From Perna viridis (lineage: Eukaryota): a stretch of DNA of 64,000 nt. Under the pieces are notes generated by a model. That model was not told the DNA's origin. It searched no databases and saw only the letters and a list, made by a program, of their open reading frames with translations. The stretch is from positions 24,855,840-24,919,839 of the forward strand of contig CM074525.1 in assembly GCA_037379345.1 (NCBI GenBank), given 5' to 3'. Position numbers and translations under genes: made by a program. Of the stretch, positions 28,901-42,300 are shown piece after piece; within the stretch, counting starts at the first letter, position 1; every line of letters starts with the position of its first letter.

Positions 28901-31900
28901 AAGGATAGCTAACGCAGATATAACCCAAATACTTCATCAAAGTAGAACTATACTTTATAAATGATGTGAAGAAAACGCCTGGTTTAGACATGTCTTGTAT
29001 TGGGGTTTTGTTTATACATGGTTTGGTTTAGACAGGTTCTTGTATTACACGGGGTTTGGACTGGTTTTACTACATTATAAGAGACAGTCTGTACAATAAT
29101 CAGACAGGAGGTGATTCATGCGAGTAAAAATTATCCTTCTTTACTTGTTTGGTTGATTTTAGTGGGAGATGAATATGAGAAGAACTATGTAGAAGTATAG
29201 CATAGAAAACTGAAAAAGCATCATTTGTTTGTTGAGTTTCATTGGGAAGTGAATATAAAAGCATCATTTTGTAAAAGTGTAGGATGTGATGACTGAGAAA
29301 GCATTGTTTGTTCGTTAGGATTTTCTTCATCATAAATCACTTTAGTATAGGGAGTGTCAGAATTTTATATAGACTGTTATTTAATGTGTATAAATATATG
29401 ATTTTGTTCCAGATCCATCCACCCCCCACAGTCAGGAGAACCCTTGGGGAGGGAGCAATGTCCCTCCCACTTCAACATATCCTTCCTCCATGTTGCCAGG
29501 CAACACTCATCAGTCTTACTCAAACATGCATCATGAAATGGTAAGTTATTCCTAATTGGTAAATAATATTGGCATTTGCAAAATTTCTGCTTAAGGCAAA
29601 GAAAAAATATGTCTGCTTAAGGTTACATTGGATGAAAAAATGGGGCATGTTAATAGGTAGGTAGGTAGGTGTGTAGGTAGAACAGGTTGGTAGAGTCATT
29701 TTATTTTTAAAATGTGTTTAATATTGACACTCTTGGAGGATTTCTTGACTTCAAAATTTCTCAGTTTAAAAAAAAGAATGATAGTTAAGCAGCATGTCAT
29801 AAAAGATTTCAGTAATATGTTCTCTGTGGTAGGCAGAAAAAATAGGTAACCTTAAACAAACAATTGTTTTCAATATATTTATATTATTATAGTTCAGTAT
29901 AGAAGAGATGTTTACCATTCTCTTATTCTCTGTAGTTTCTACAAATTTGAACTGTAAGTTATGCTCTACAGTTCATGCATATCTCCATTGTGTCTATGTT
30001 CAAAATCACAAAAATTCAGGAGTAAATGAATCATTTTTATAAAATTTGGCCCAAACTATGGACTGTCATCAAGTATAATTAACTGCTCTGATTAAACGGT
30101 TTGTGTGCTGGTATTTGGCCAGATTACGGTGAAATTTAACTGGTTCCCCTTCAGAAACAGGTGCAGTAAGGATGTTTATCTAATTAATTCCTAGATAGGT
30201 AGACAGTAGGACAAAATTAGATGGCTTTTTAACAATGCTATATACCAGTTAAACACATCAAAATGTTTAGATACAAAAGACATCTTGTCTTTGGTTGGTT
30301 CACCAGAAAATTCCTGCTGATTTGATTGGTTTATCAGAAAGTTCCTGCAGAATTGATTGGTTTATCATTCTTGTTTAGTTGGCTTGCTAGATAATTGTTG
30401 GCCTTTATGGTTTGGTAGTTGAAAAATTGTCTGTCCATTCTATAAACACTATACACAGATCTATTTAATCTGTGTGGAAGTTCTTTTTATTCATTTACTC
30501 AGTGGATGTTTCAAGAAAAGCAGAGAATGCTTACCCCACTGGTGCACCTGGTCCATGCTCCCAGTTTTGCTTATTTACTTTTATTATGTTATTTTGGTAA
30601 GTTCATGTTCTTTGTTATGTGTGTTTGTTTTCCCTGTCTGGTCTTTATCCTTGGAATACATTCTTTTCATTTCTGGTCAAATATCAGCAGGTAAAATTAT
30701 ATTCACCCACAGGACAGACTAATTTTATTTGTTTTTAACTTGCATTAACTTAAGGACAATCTAGTTTTCAATTTGGGCAAGTTGGGTTTTCATCGACTTG
30801 CTCAAGATGACAAGGTTGACAACCCTGGTTAGACCAATGGTAATGTACCTAACAACCCTGGTTAGACCAATGGTAATGTACCTAACAACCCTGGTTAGAC
30901 CAATGGTAATGTACCTAACAACCCTGGTTAGACCAATGGTAATGTACCTAACAAGATGATAGAAGTTGCTACTTCACAAATGATTTTTACTAAAACAGAC
31001 AAAAATTGAAATGATACAGTGGATACTAGCCGTTAATGCCACTTCCCATTTATATGACGCCATCATTTAAAATTACCAATTTTCATGAAATCAGCTACTG
31101 ATATTGTAGTATAACTAACAAACAGAAATAAAAAATTAAAAAGTCAATCAGGACATGTTATTGTTGGTACAGAGTAGAACACATGGTTCTTTTTATATCT
31201 TAATCATAAACAAAACTCAACTCACTGAGATTATAAATAAACTGTAATAGGATTAGAGAACTATGGAGAAAGAATTTCATCGTCAGATAGACATGGGTAC
31301 AGTTAGATAATCTCCATAACTTGATAATTTACATAACAGACAATCGCCAATCGTCATGTAAACACACCAAGTCTTTGTATATTTTGGAAAAGTTAATGAA
31401 CTAGAGAGTGTTCAGGGTGAGAGCCAAAACTGTGACCTCTTCTTGAAGGAGGTGAGTTTGATATAGAGGTTGCCATGACAACTTGAAGAAAGATGGAAAG
31501 CAGATGCTTGTTTCATTCACAAAAATGGCACTGTCAGTGTAGTTTATCTCCTGCCTGGGAAACATTACATCACATGTCAGGAAGAATGTTTTTTTTCTTT
31601 GGCAGATTTTTTCTGACTTCTTTCATTCCTGTTTCCTGTTTATTGCTGGGTTCCCCCTCTCCAAATCATTCATTCTGAATGCAACTAGAAACTTTAACTT
31701 ACCACCAAGTACTTTATACACACAGGGAAATGTATATGAAAACAATTAAATACTAAGTGTTAATCATGCATATAATGAATGAAGATGTTCTCTGATGTTT
31801 TGTCGAGTTGTTGCTCCCTTACGTACATTAGTTTTGGGGAAGTCATGAAATTAAGCAGCATTAAAATGTACCTTCAAGTCCTTCCTGGATCTGTGCCCAT

Positions 31901-34900
31901 CCTGACTCAATATAAAAATTAACATGTATATATAATGACTGGTGCTATTAGCTGTAGAAAAATAATTAATTGAAGTTAGCAATTCCAACAAAAATAAATC
32001 TTGCTGAGAAAAAATCTTCAATCTTGGCAGTAAGTGAAGAGAAAAAAAGTTCCTTAGTTTGGCAGTAATTTGAAGGTTATTGATGGTATAATTTAAACTT
32101 TACATTTATGTGTAATATGCCAGGAATGTAGCACCTTGTGTCAAGGGAAAATGATTATTTAATGTCAGATTAGTGATGAGGTACTATACTATAAAATCCT
32201 GATTATGGCAAGGTTGGAAAGTCAGGTTGAACTCCCACCAGGTTCAGCTATAAAATCCTTATTATGGCAAGGTTGGAAAGTCAGGCTGAACTCCCACCAG
32301 GTTCAACTATAAAATCATTATTATGGCAAGGTTGGAAAGTCAGGCTGAACTCCCACTAGGTTCAACTATAAAGTCCTTTTTATGGCGAGGTTTGAAAGTC
32401 AGGTTGAATTCCCACCTGGGGTAACTATAAAATCCTCATTATTGTGAGGTTGGAAAGTCAGGTTGAAATCCCACCAGAGTTCATTAAAAAAATCCTGATT
32501 TTTTTTTTTTTTTTTAAGCATGGAAAGTTAGTATAGCTCCCTCTAGGGGCGAAAACTTAGTTGCTGGGTAATGTACATGTATAATTTTCATTCATAGTTT
32601 CAATCTGTGGTTATTATGAATGCTAGATTTCCATCACTTTTCAAGTGTTATGTATGATTTTTGACTTGTCAGTTTGTGGATTTTTATACATGTTTCAAAC
32701 AGATTTCAGATATCCCTTACGTTATAAGGGGTCAAAGGGGCCAGACCTAAAAAAAAAAATCCACTTTTTACTTATTGGTCCAATTTTGAAAATGTTTCAA
32801 TTAAATTTCAAATTTGATGCTTTATTGTGTCCATATTGAACTGCTCATTATATAAAGTGTGTCAAAAACTAATATTGTGTCCACACTTGCCCCACCTGTT
32901 CAGGTTTCAACCACTGGGGTTGTATAATGCTGCTCTCCATGAAGCTCTTTGTCCAGTAATATCAATGCTAATGACAATTTGAACATGCTAGTGTTGAGTT
33001 GGTTTTTGAATACATGTTACTTTTATCAGTTGCAAATAGTTTCACCCCACAGCACTGAACATTTGACAGAATTTCCGGGTTTAATCCTTCATTTTGATTT
33101 TTCTCCCTCATGGAAAGTAGAATGACAGTTTATAACATTTGTCCCATAATCCTGTTTAGTGGAGGTGATTTATTTGATAATAATCTTTACTTACAGGGCC
33201 AGTACCCATCACAACATGAAAGTATGATCAACTCCGGTCTTCCTCCTATGTCATCCTTCCGTGGTGGTCAACCAACCACATCAGCGTATTCCAGTACTTC
33301 ACCATCGGTTGTAAACGGGTCTGATATGATCCGGAACCCTGCCAGTTCTCAGACAGGAGATGCCTTAGGGAAAGCATTAGCATCTGTAAGTTAGTAGTAT
33401 GTAAGGAAGAACAAAAGGAGCCATAAATTTTAAATTTAGGAAAAGCATTCTGTATTTCAATTTTGTTTTCACTTATCATTCTACTAATTATGTATACCAA
33501 GGTTCAAGATACTGATCTGGCCACAAACCTTGGAACAGTTTTAATAAAGAAAATATGGATATCTTATTAGTAAAGATAAGTTAGTACAATATGGTTTTGG
33601 TCTGGTTAAAAAAGTAGGGGCACTAAGCCCTTTATATGGTGTTCAGATATTAACTATGTTGCGCAAAACAAAAATGATTTACAACAGTAATATGTATATA
33701 GATAAAAAAGTTGTATGGTTTGTAGTTCAGTGTAGTGATGCATTAATGGTGTCATAATAATGTGTACTGTGAATGCACTTATATTCATGGATACCAATTT
33801 TCATGGATTAGGGAAGAAACACAGGTTTGCAGATTCTTGAATTTATGGTCTCGAGGTTTTCAGTATACACTTCGATGAAAATCTTCTTAAAGTTGGAGAC
33901 TTATTTCATGGTTAGGTCTACCCATGAAAAGTGGTACCCCATGTACAATAGCACTTTCACAGTAATAACAATTGTTAGAAATGGTTATATTTTGCATATA
34001 CATTTTCATCTGGAAAACTATGTCCACACCAGAGAAAAAACTTAATCTTTTCAATTGTAATGGACTATGAAATATCAAATATTTCTACTAAATATGAATT
34101 TGTTTAATAAGTGTGTACACCATTCCTTTTGCCAGAAATGACCAAAAAGTTCAATATTTATAGAATTTCTATAGTTTGAATTCACAAATAAGACTATCAA
34201 AGCTTGATGATCAATTTTCAGCCGTATTTTGGGCCAAGTACAGCTTAATATTTCCCTATACCTTTTTCAATTAAAACTTAAAATGATACAAATGTATTAA
34301 GTTTGAAATCAGAACTTTTTTATCAGCCCTTATTCTTCTTGTAATTTCAGATATATTCACCTACAGATCATACAAATAGTAATTATGGTTCAAATAATTC
34401 TACACCTGTGTCTTCACCGCCTCCATTAGCAGGTAAGCTTATTCTGTCATCACTGTCTCTGTTCGCAGGTTAGCTTAATTCTAAACCTGCGTCTCACTAC
34501 CTCCGTTAGCAGGTAAGCTTAATTCTATACCTGTGTCTCACTGCCTCCATTAGCAGATAAGCCTAATATTGCATGTGTGAAATTGGATAAATCCTGTGAC
34601 TCTTGAGTCATATTGATAGATTCTGTTTATCAAATAATTGTCCATTATTACATCAATGTCTTGAGTTGAGATTTTGCCAATATTTACAATGACTTTAATC
34701 ATAATGGGGAATTCATAGTCTGAGAATGTGTATCCATTGACATGTAAGTAAATAGTGTTATCTATCATCAGGATCCTCCTAGTAATGATAGAGACCTACC
34801 AAAGTTTTACCTGACCTCATTTCTATCAATTTTCAGGTTCCTCCGGCCAATGGCAGAGACCTGCTACACAAAGTTCTACCTCACCACATTTCGAAGGAGG

Positions 34901-36302
34901 AACATTACATAACTTAGTAAGTAATCTGAGGAAATGAGGAAGAGTGAGCGTCAAGTGTCTGTGAATTTGAAATTTCAAACTTCTTTGTTTAAATATGAGA
35001 ATTTGGAGAACGGTTAATTTGCCAAATAAATGTAATCAAAGCAGTTAAATTCTTTAAAGTATTAAGAATATGGATTGTATCTGTGATATTGGGGCATATT
35101 GCCAATTTGTCTGTTTTCCCCAAGGACCTTTGACCTAAAATAATGCACTGAGCATGTTTGTAAAATGTGGATATTGTTTAACTGGTAAAAGTAGTTGTTC
35201 TTTCCCTGAGTAAGACAGATGTAAGTCTCATTATCTTTCAGATTAGGCCAAATAAAATTAATTAATAGGTTTTCATCTGCTTCGGCCCCTAAAAAATGAC
35301 AAAAATATTTTAAAGAATTGGGGCAGGAATTTCAAAATCTGGTCTTTTTGCATCAGTTTCAAGTATTGAGATACTATAATATACTTTATTTTCCATTTCT
35401 TGGTGACTAAAATAATGTATCTTCTCTGAAATGGATGTTGCTGTGGATTTAGAACATATATAAGTACTTCAAATAACTAAAATTAAGTTAGCAAATATGT
35501 CTATTACAGTAAGAAATGAAAAATAATCTGTTCCATATTTTCTGTGAAGGATGAAAATCTACCATTTAAGTTTACTTGACCTAAATGTAAAAGTTAAAAT
35601 GAACTTAAATGCCATCTTGATCACCATTTGGTTATTGGTTTGAAAGGTCAAAAGTTCGGCCAGAAAAACTTGTTAACAGATAACTTTTTTCAAAATAACT
35701 CGTAGTTGTTATATATTCATTAACTATAGCCTGTTAAAAGTTAGGAGCATCAGTCCCTTACTACATAGATGGTATCTTGATATTCCCTCTAAGCTTACAT
35801 AGAAATTTTGTTCAGAGAAAAAACAACTATTTTTGGTGCATGTGTACTAACACTTCTGTTGGTTTACCCAGCAGAGAGGAATGGAAGAGAGGCTGGATGA
35901 CGCGATTCACGTTCTCCGTGATCACGTAGAAATGGAGGTAAAAATTTCCCAGGGTTCCCTGGTTACAGCTTTATGTTAGCTTATTATTGCGAGGGAGGCG
36001 GTTATGTTGTTTTTGTTCTCAATATTATAGGTTTACTTTGAGAAGCTGTTGATGATCAATCACAAATCAGTCAAGCCTGAATTTCTTCTGCTTTGTAAAA
36101 TTTCATTCTTAAATTTTTTTATTTTATTTTTTTTTTTTATTTATACACTTTTGGTAATTGACCTCTGACCTCCATTACGGCTGTATAAGTGGTTATTTAT
36201 GCATTCATAAAATTTTGACCATATCTACAATAGACCTACAGATATAAAAGTAAAAACACTTCAATAATGCCCTCCCTTCAAATTAGGAGTTATTCCCCTT
36301 TA

Positions 36303-36342
<40 letters not shown>

Positions 36343-39300
36343 TTGATTCAGGTAATGTGAAAATGACATTACATCACATGAAATTAAAATAATACATTTT
36401 TACAATGAAAAACTTTAAATTTTCCAGCAGCCAATTAAAAAACCACTTACATGTTATAAATGTACCATAATCTGTCATATATTTTAGAACTTGAAACCTG
36501 TATTTGTTTTATTATTTGAGTGTATACCTAGAGAGGTGAAAATTTTTTCTGAAGAACTTTGTCATTATATTATTTCAATGAAAACAAAAAAAAAATTACT
36601 TGAAGAAAATTTCTACAAGATCTTGTTATCTTCATATGGTTCCAAATTTAATGTGTTTTTGACATGCATGAATCACCTCTTGTCTAATTTTTTTTCCCAG
36701 ATTGTTTCAAGAAAGTTTTTTGTCCTATCGTCATTTTTTTACCCTCCTCTGAATTTTTTTCTCCACTGAGGATAGTCTGAACTTTTTTCACAGTTGTAAT
36801 GTGTTACATTTTATGAGAGCATGTTGAAGTTTTGGGTTTTTAGATGTATCAATCTTGTTGCATGTTGTTCTATATTTATCATTATAGCTTTGCATGTGCT
36901 TATTATTGATATACTGACCAACACTGGAAATCATAAGACTAAGGACTGTAGACAATTTCTACTAGACATGGAAAGTATGCTATTTACATGTATACTGGGA
37001 TTGTAGGCCATTTCTATTTGACACTTTAGTTTCAACTTGTGGGCAGAATCTTGATCAGTAATTCCATATTGTAAATATAGCACTTTTCTGTAAAGATTGT
37101 ATCCACATTTTACAGAAAAATTGTCACATTTTCTTGTGGAAGTACCTACTTAAGCATGCTCAGAAATGACAATGCAAATGTTTCTTTAAAAAAAAAAGTG
37201 TTTTCTTTATAAATTATTGATAATTCATTTCTGTGCTATATGTTGACTTAGAATGTGTTGGTCAGTGTATCATGTTCATACACCTCTCAATAAGTACCAA
37301 GCAAAAGTCATCTCTTTATATACCTCTGAATAAAAACCTATTAAAAGTCATCAATGTCCTCTTTTTAAAACCTTTCAATAAGTACCAATCAGAAGTCATC
37401 TCTTTATATACCTCTCAATAAAATCCAAACAAAAGTCATCATTGTCCTCTTTATTTACCGCTCAATAAAAACCAATCAAAAGTCATCAGTGTCCTCTTTT
37501 TATACCTCTCAGTAAGTACCAATCAAAAATCATCTCTTTATATACCTCTCAATAAAATCCAATCAAAAGTCATCAGTGTCATCTATATACCTCTTAATAA
37601 ATACCAATCAAAAGTTATCAGTGTCCTCTTTATACCTTTCAGTATGTACCAATCAGAAGTCATCAATATCCTCTTTATATACCTCTTAATAAGTATGCAT
37701 TGAAAGTCATCAAACTTCCTCTTAATATACCTCTCAATAAGTACCAATCGAAAGTCCTCAATGTCCTCTTTATACCTCTCAATAAGTACCAATCAAAAGT
37801 CATCAATGTCCTCTTTATATACCTCTCAATAAAAACCAATCAAAAGTCATCAATGTCATCTTTTTATACCTCTCAGTAAGTACCAATCAAAAATCATCTC
37901 TTTATATATCTCTCAATAAAAACCAATCAAAAGTCATCTATGTACTCTTTATATACCTCTTAAAATGTACTAATCAGAAGTCGTCAATATCCTCTTTATA
38001 TACCTCTCAATAAGTACGCATTGAAAGTCATCAAATGTCCTCTTCATATACCTCTCAATAAGTACAAATTGAAAGTCATCAATGTCCTCTTTATACCTCT
38101 CAATAAAAACCAATCAAAAGTCATCAATATCCTCTTTATATACCTTTCAATAAGTACCAATCAGAAGTCATTAATGTCCTCTGTATTATTTCTCAACAGG
38201 TAACAATGAGTGTCATTTGTACGAATCAAAAGTCTTCAGTGTTCTGTTACATATAGTTATAAGGTGAATACTTCCATTTAGATATATTCCTTTTGGAAGG
38301 TATCATATCTAAAGACATCTGTGATAAAGAACCCACAGACTGTTATCACTTCGTCTATGCAATACATATATGTGTTATAAAGAACCCACAGACTGTTACC
38401 CCCTTGTCTATACAGTACATATATGTGCTTCATTTCACTGTCAATTTCTTAGTACACTGCGTCAACATCATAAAATATTAAAGGAATGATTTTATTTTTC
38501 AGAGTCGAATGGAAGAAAGACTTGACGATGCAATATACGTTCTACGTCATCACGCAGAACCCCAACAGATGGGTCCCGGAGGAATGATGCCACATTCCAA
38601 TGGAATCATGGGATACGGTGGTGGCATGTCTAACACCATAGAGGCCTTGGTAAGAATGATCTGTTGTCATGGACACCATATATATGCTTCACTATTGACA
38701 TGTAAAATGGCTTTGGTAAGAACAATCTGTTGTCATGATATGCTTCACTATTGACATGTAAAATGGCCTTGGTAAGAACGATCTACTGTCATGGACACTA
38801 TATATATGCTTCACTGTTGACATGTAAAATGGCCTTGGTGATAAGATCTGTTGTCATGGACACCATATATATATGCTTCACTATTGACATGTAAAATGGC
38901 CTTGGTAAGAACGATCTGTTGTCATGGACACCATATATATGCTTCACTATTGACATGTAAATTGGCCTTGGTAAGAACAATCTGTTGTCATGGACACCAT
39001 ATATATGCTTCACTATTGACATGTAAAATGGCCTTGGTAAGAACAATCTACTGTCATTGACACCATATATATGCTTCAGTGTTGACATGTAAAATGGCCT
39101 TGGTGATAACTATCTGTTGTCATGGACACCTTATATATGCTTCAGTATTGACATGTAAAATGGCCCTGGTTAGAACAACCTGTAGTCATGGAAACCATAT
39201 ATATGCTTCACTATTGACATGTAAAATGGCCTTTGTTAGAACAATCTGTTGTCATGGACACCTTATATGTGCTTCACTATTGACATGTAAAATGGCCTTG

Positions 39301-42300
39301 GTAAGAACGATCTACTGTCATGGACACCATATATATGCTTCACTATTGACATGTAAAATAATCATTTTTTGTCTTGTTAATCTTTACAGGATTCATAATT
39401 GTGGCTTTCTTGAGATTTTGAATATAAGAAGCTGAGTTGTTTTTGCTACAAATAAAAGATCTGAAGTTTAGTTTGAATCAAACTCTGAATAATAAATAAG
39501 TGAAGCCACATTTACTGTTAAAAGGTGTAAAAGATCAAATATACCAATAAAGCATGGCAAAGGGAGGCCTTCATCAAGGGTCAGGGGTTCAAATTTTTGT
39601 TCAAAAAGTGAGTCCTGGACATTGACAAGTTTCACATCAAAGGTCTGCTTTAGGAAAACCGAAAGTCCACAAAAAGTGTTAGGGTCAAAGGTCAAGGAAC
39701 CATGTAAATGAAATTTGAAAGGATAGAAATTGAGGGTCCCAAACCTCTGACAACCACTAATTTGAACCCCTGGGATGAATAGCGCTGGCCAATAGGACAC
39801 TAAATTCTCATGAATGTATCATCTTAAAGACTTCTTAATTTTCTACCATAGTTGGACATGGACCATTACTTTAGACTGTGCACTAAGAAATGGTTGACCA
39901 AAGCTTTTTTTTTTTCATATGGACTGTGGCTAACACTATCTTCTCTGTTGAAGTAATGGCAGTTAACTAAATATATTTACCCATAAATCTTTAATGAGAA
40001 ACAATAAAACTCTATATCAAAAATATTTTGCAGGTGCACAGACGGGAAGACATTAATCTTGTGATAATTTGTTTTATCTGTTTAAGTCATTCCATTAATT
40101 TATTTCAATCTTGATGAAATAACAGACCATTTGTACACGTGTTTAGTGAGCATGTTTAGGACATTACAATCATTTATGATGTAATGAGGAAAAAATATTT
40201 TTACAACAGGGGGAAAGAGTAATCAAAAAGTAGTTAGCAGTTTGTTGATGGCAGAATCAATGTTGTCTGTTTTTGTGAAAGCTGAAGAATCTGTTGGAAA
40301 CATTAGCTGTGAGGCGACTGCTAAATTGTTCATGCAGAACTCAGTGTTTTCCAAGCTTTATAATAGCTCTGACATCTGGCAATGTAGTTTCCTTCCTTCA
40401 TATGGGAGAGCACACATGGTATATATGTTGACTACCTCCTGAGAGGAGAGCTCTTGTCTTGTTGTGATGTAATCAATGTGATTTGAAGGTTTTTACAGAC
40501 TTATAATACAGATAACACAACTCAACTGATTTAAACAGATAAAATTTTGACAGTTAAGATATTTGTCTATCTTATTAGTAGAGGGCATTTTCTACTTTGA
40601 AGCAAGGTGTCCGTTACATGGTTGTACTGGGAAATGATTCAGTCCTATTGATGCCAAAATAAACATGTTATTTCATTACTAATCTATATGATGTAATATT
40701 TCTCTGCCTAAGGTTTCCTACTTTAAAATTTGTCAGTTCTATTTTTAGTTGTTATGTTTTTTATTGGTATCACACTGTCAATGTAATTTCTATATTAGTT
40801 CGTAGATCTTTATGAAATTTTATAACAAGATTACAAATCACATCAGTATTAATATTTCAGGTTTCGACTGGAGTTACCACCTCTGTTCTGGTCAAATTTT
40901 TATCCTGTGTCAAAAATCTAATCGTAATCAAAATTCAAAGCTGTTTAAGAATTATTGGCCAAAAAGGGACCTAAAGCAAACATTTCATAGTATTTAACTC
41001 CAGCAAAAGCATTGGAATATCTTTGATATTCTATACCACTATGGTCAGACTTGGATTGATGTTGATGGTTAAAACTTTTCAGAAATTACGGGCCAGAAAC
41101 ATATATTTTCCTGATGTCACTATTAGTGAATGAATCTGTTTGAAATTGTAGTACGAGGTGCCATACCACACAAGAAAGATTCAGATTAATTTTAAGGATT
41201 TCGAGTTGAACTTTGTAGGAATTACCTTATCTTCCTTTAATAACATGAGTAGGAATGAATGGATGCACACTATAAAAGGATTTTCGTGTTGTGACTTGAG
41301 CCGAGTAAGAATATGGGGTAAGAAACAAGCACTTTTTTCTGATTTCTGGAGAATGACTTGAGTGAAATGGAATAGATCTCTTTGAAATTGTACCACAAGG
41401 TGCCATGTCCCCACAAGAAGTTTAGGATTGACTTGCTGGGTTTTGACTGGAACCATTAAGGAATATTAAGGCCCAAAAAGTGACCACTTTGTTTTGGGTC
41501 AAGTTTGAATGGTGTGTCCATACTTACCCATCTGTTCAGGGTTCAACCTCAGCAGTCATATCAAGCTGTGCCCAGCGAAGCATTTTCTTGTGTAAGCTTC
41601 CTGAAGAATCTCTAAAAAGCCTCATAGTTGGATTAAATGACAGTATTTATCAACAAATGGGTGGTATATTATAATCACATGGTCTGTCTGTCATTCCATT
41701 CATCCATCCAAATTACAATTAATTTAGCTCCAAACTGAATGATTAATTTCAAATTTAGTATGCAGATGTATTAAGACAGGGCAGAAGTCATAAGAGATTT
41801 ATTTTTTGTGCTGACCAATGTCAGCTGTACAAGTGGTGGTATACCTAGTTCAACAATGCTTACAATATCATGATTATTTTCTAGTAATGACCAGAAAGTT
41901 TTAGTCCTTGAATTTCAACTCTTGACCTGGCATTACATCAGGATTATAAAATACATGTACTTATTTGATAATTTTTTTTATTTTTTTGCAGGCATCTCAT
42001 CAGCACAGTTCTTCCGAGGGTAGGCCCAATGCTAATGAACAAGGAAAACCAGATAGTAAGTAGAGTGAAAAAGAAATTATAAGGTTAAGGGTCAGAACAA
42101 TGCTTATAAGCAGCAGGTCATGAAAAGAGTTCAATTCTTTCAAGTTTTGACCTGTGTTAAAATATGAAAAACGCTTTTGTTGTAATTATAGTATGTGACA
42201 ATAAAGGTCAAAGATCACTTAAAATGTTATTGGTTCAGCAAAACACCAGATGCATGATCAATATTATCTTGATAGTATTTTATTCCAGATGGTTAGTGCA

